Assembly: GCA_002633005.1 (NCBI GenBank)
Contig: NMRA01000071.1
Coordinates: forward strand, 12,120 to 76,119
Reading direction: 5' to 3'
DNA from: Phoronis australis
Taxonomy: Eukaryota; Animalia; Phoronida
DNA length: 64,000 bases
Positions 63,838 through 64,000 of this stretch are shown in pieces; position 1 is the first letter of the stretch, and each line of letters opens with the position of its first letter. The translations under genes and the position numbers were made by a program. The notes beneath the pieces were generated by a model. That model saw only the letters and a program-made list of their open reading frames with translations, was not told where the DNA came from and made no database searches.

Positions 63838-64000
63838 GATTTTTTACGGGTCTGACCACTGTGGCCAGTTTACTAGTGGTGATTGTGTATTTCTGTACGG
63901 GTCTGACCACTGTGGCCAGTTTACGAGTGGTGATTGTGTATTTTTGTACGGGTCTGACCACTGTGGCCATTTTACTAGTGGTGATTGTGTATTTTCTTTG
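63838..64000. repeat. 51-bp tandem repeat, 3 copies
   Basis: tacgggtctgaccactgtggccagtttactagtggtgattgtgtattt repeated. Confidence 0.92.

Overview
Repeat-rich animal (probably invertebrate) genomic DNA. It has GT-AG introns and no prokaryotic-style genes, and most ORF-track entries come from repeats. 1-12.3 kb is a satellite block: a ~670-bp satellite, then a ~195-bp satellite interrupted by a 31-bp minisatellite, ending in degenerate CCCTAA repeats. From 19.5 to 62.7 kb I assembled by hand one + strand gene of 8 phase-compatible exons (1315 nt, 438 codons, 3' end unresolved). It encodes a signal peptide, two short Cys-pair repeats, a region resembling Bacillus thuringiensis Cry delta-endotoxin domain I (Endotoxin_N-like), and a fibronectin type II (FN2) domain. 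This is a candidate animal secreted pore-forming toxin or defence protein and is the main finding. Its introns are packed with nested transposons: a decayed CR1/L2-group LINE carrying Academ-like and Kolobok-like insertions, a decayed Gypsy LTR element carrying a Kolobok derivative, Penelope remnants, an EnSpm-like element, MITEs and minisatellites. All family assignments are from motif recognition by eye; no searches were run.
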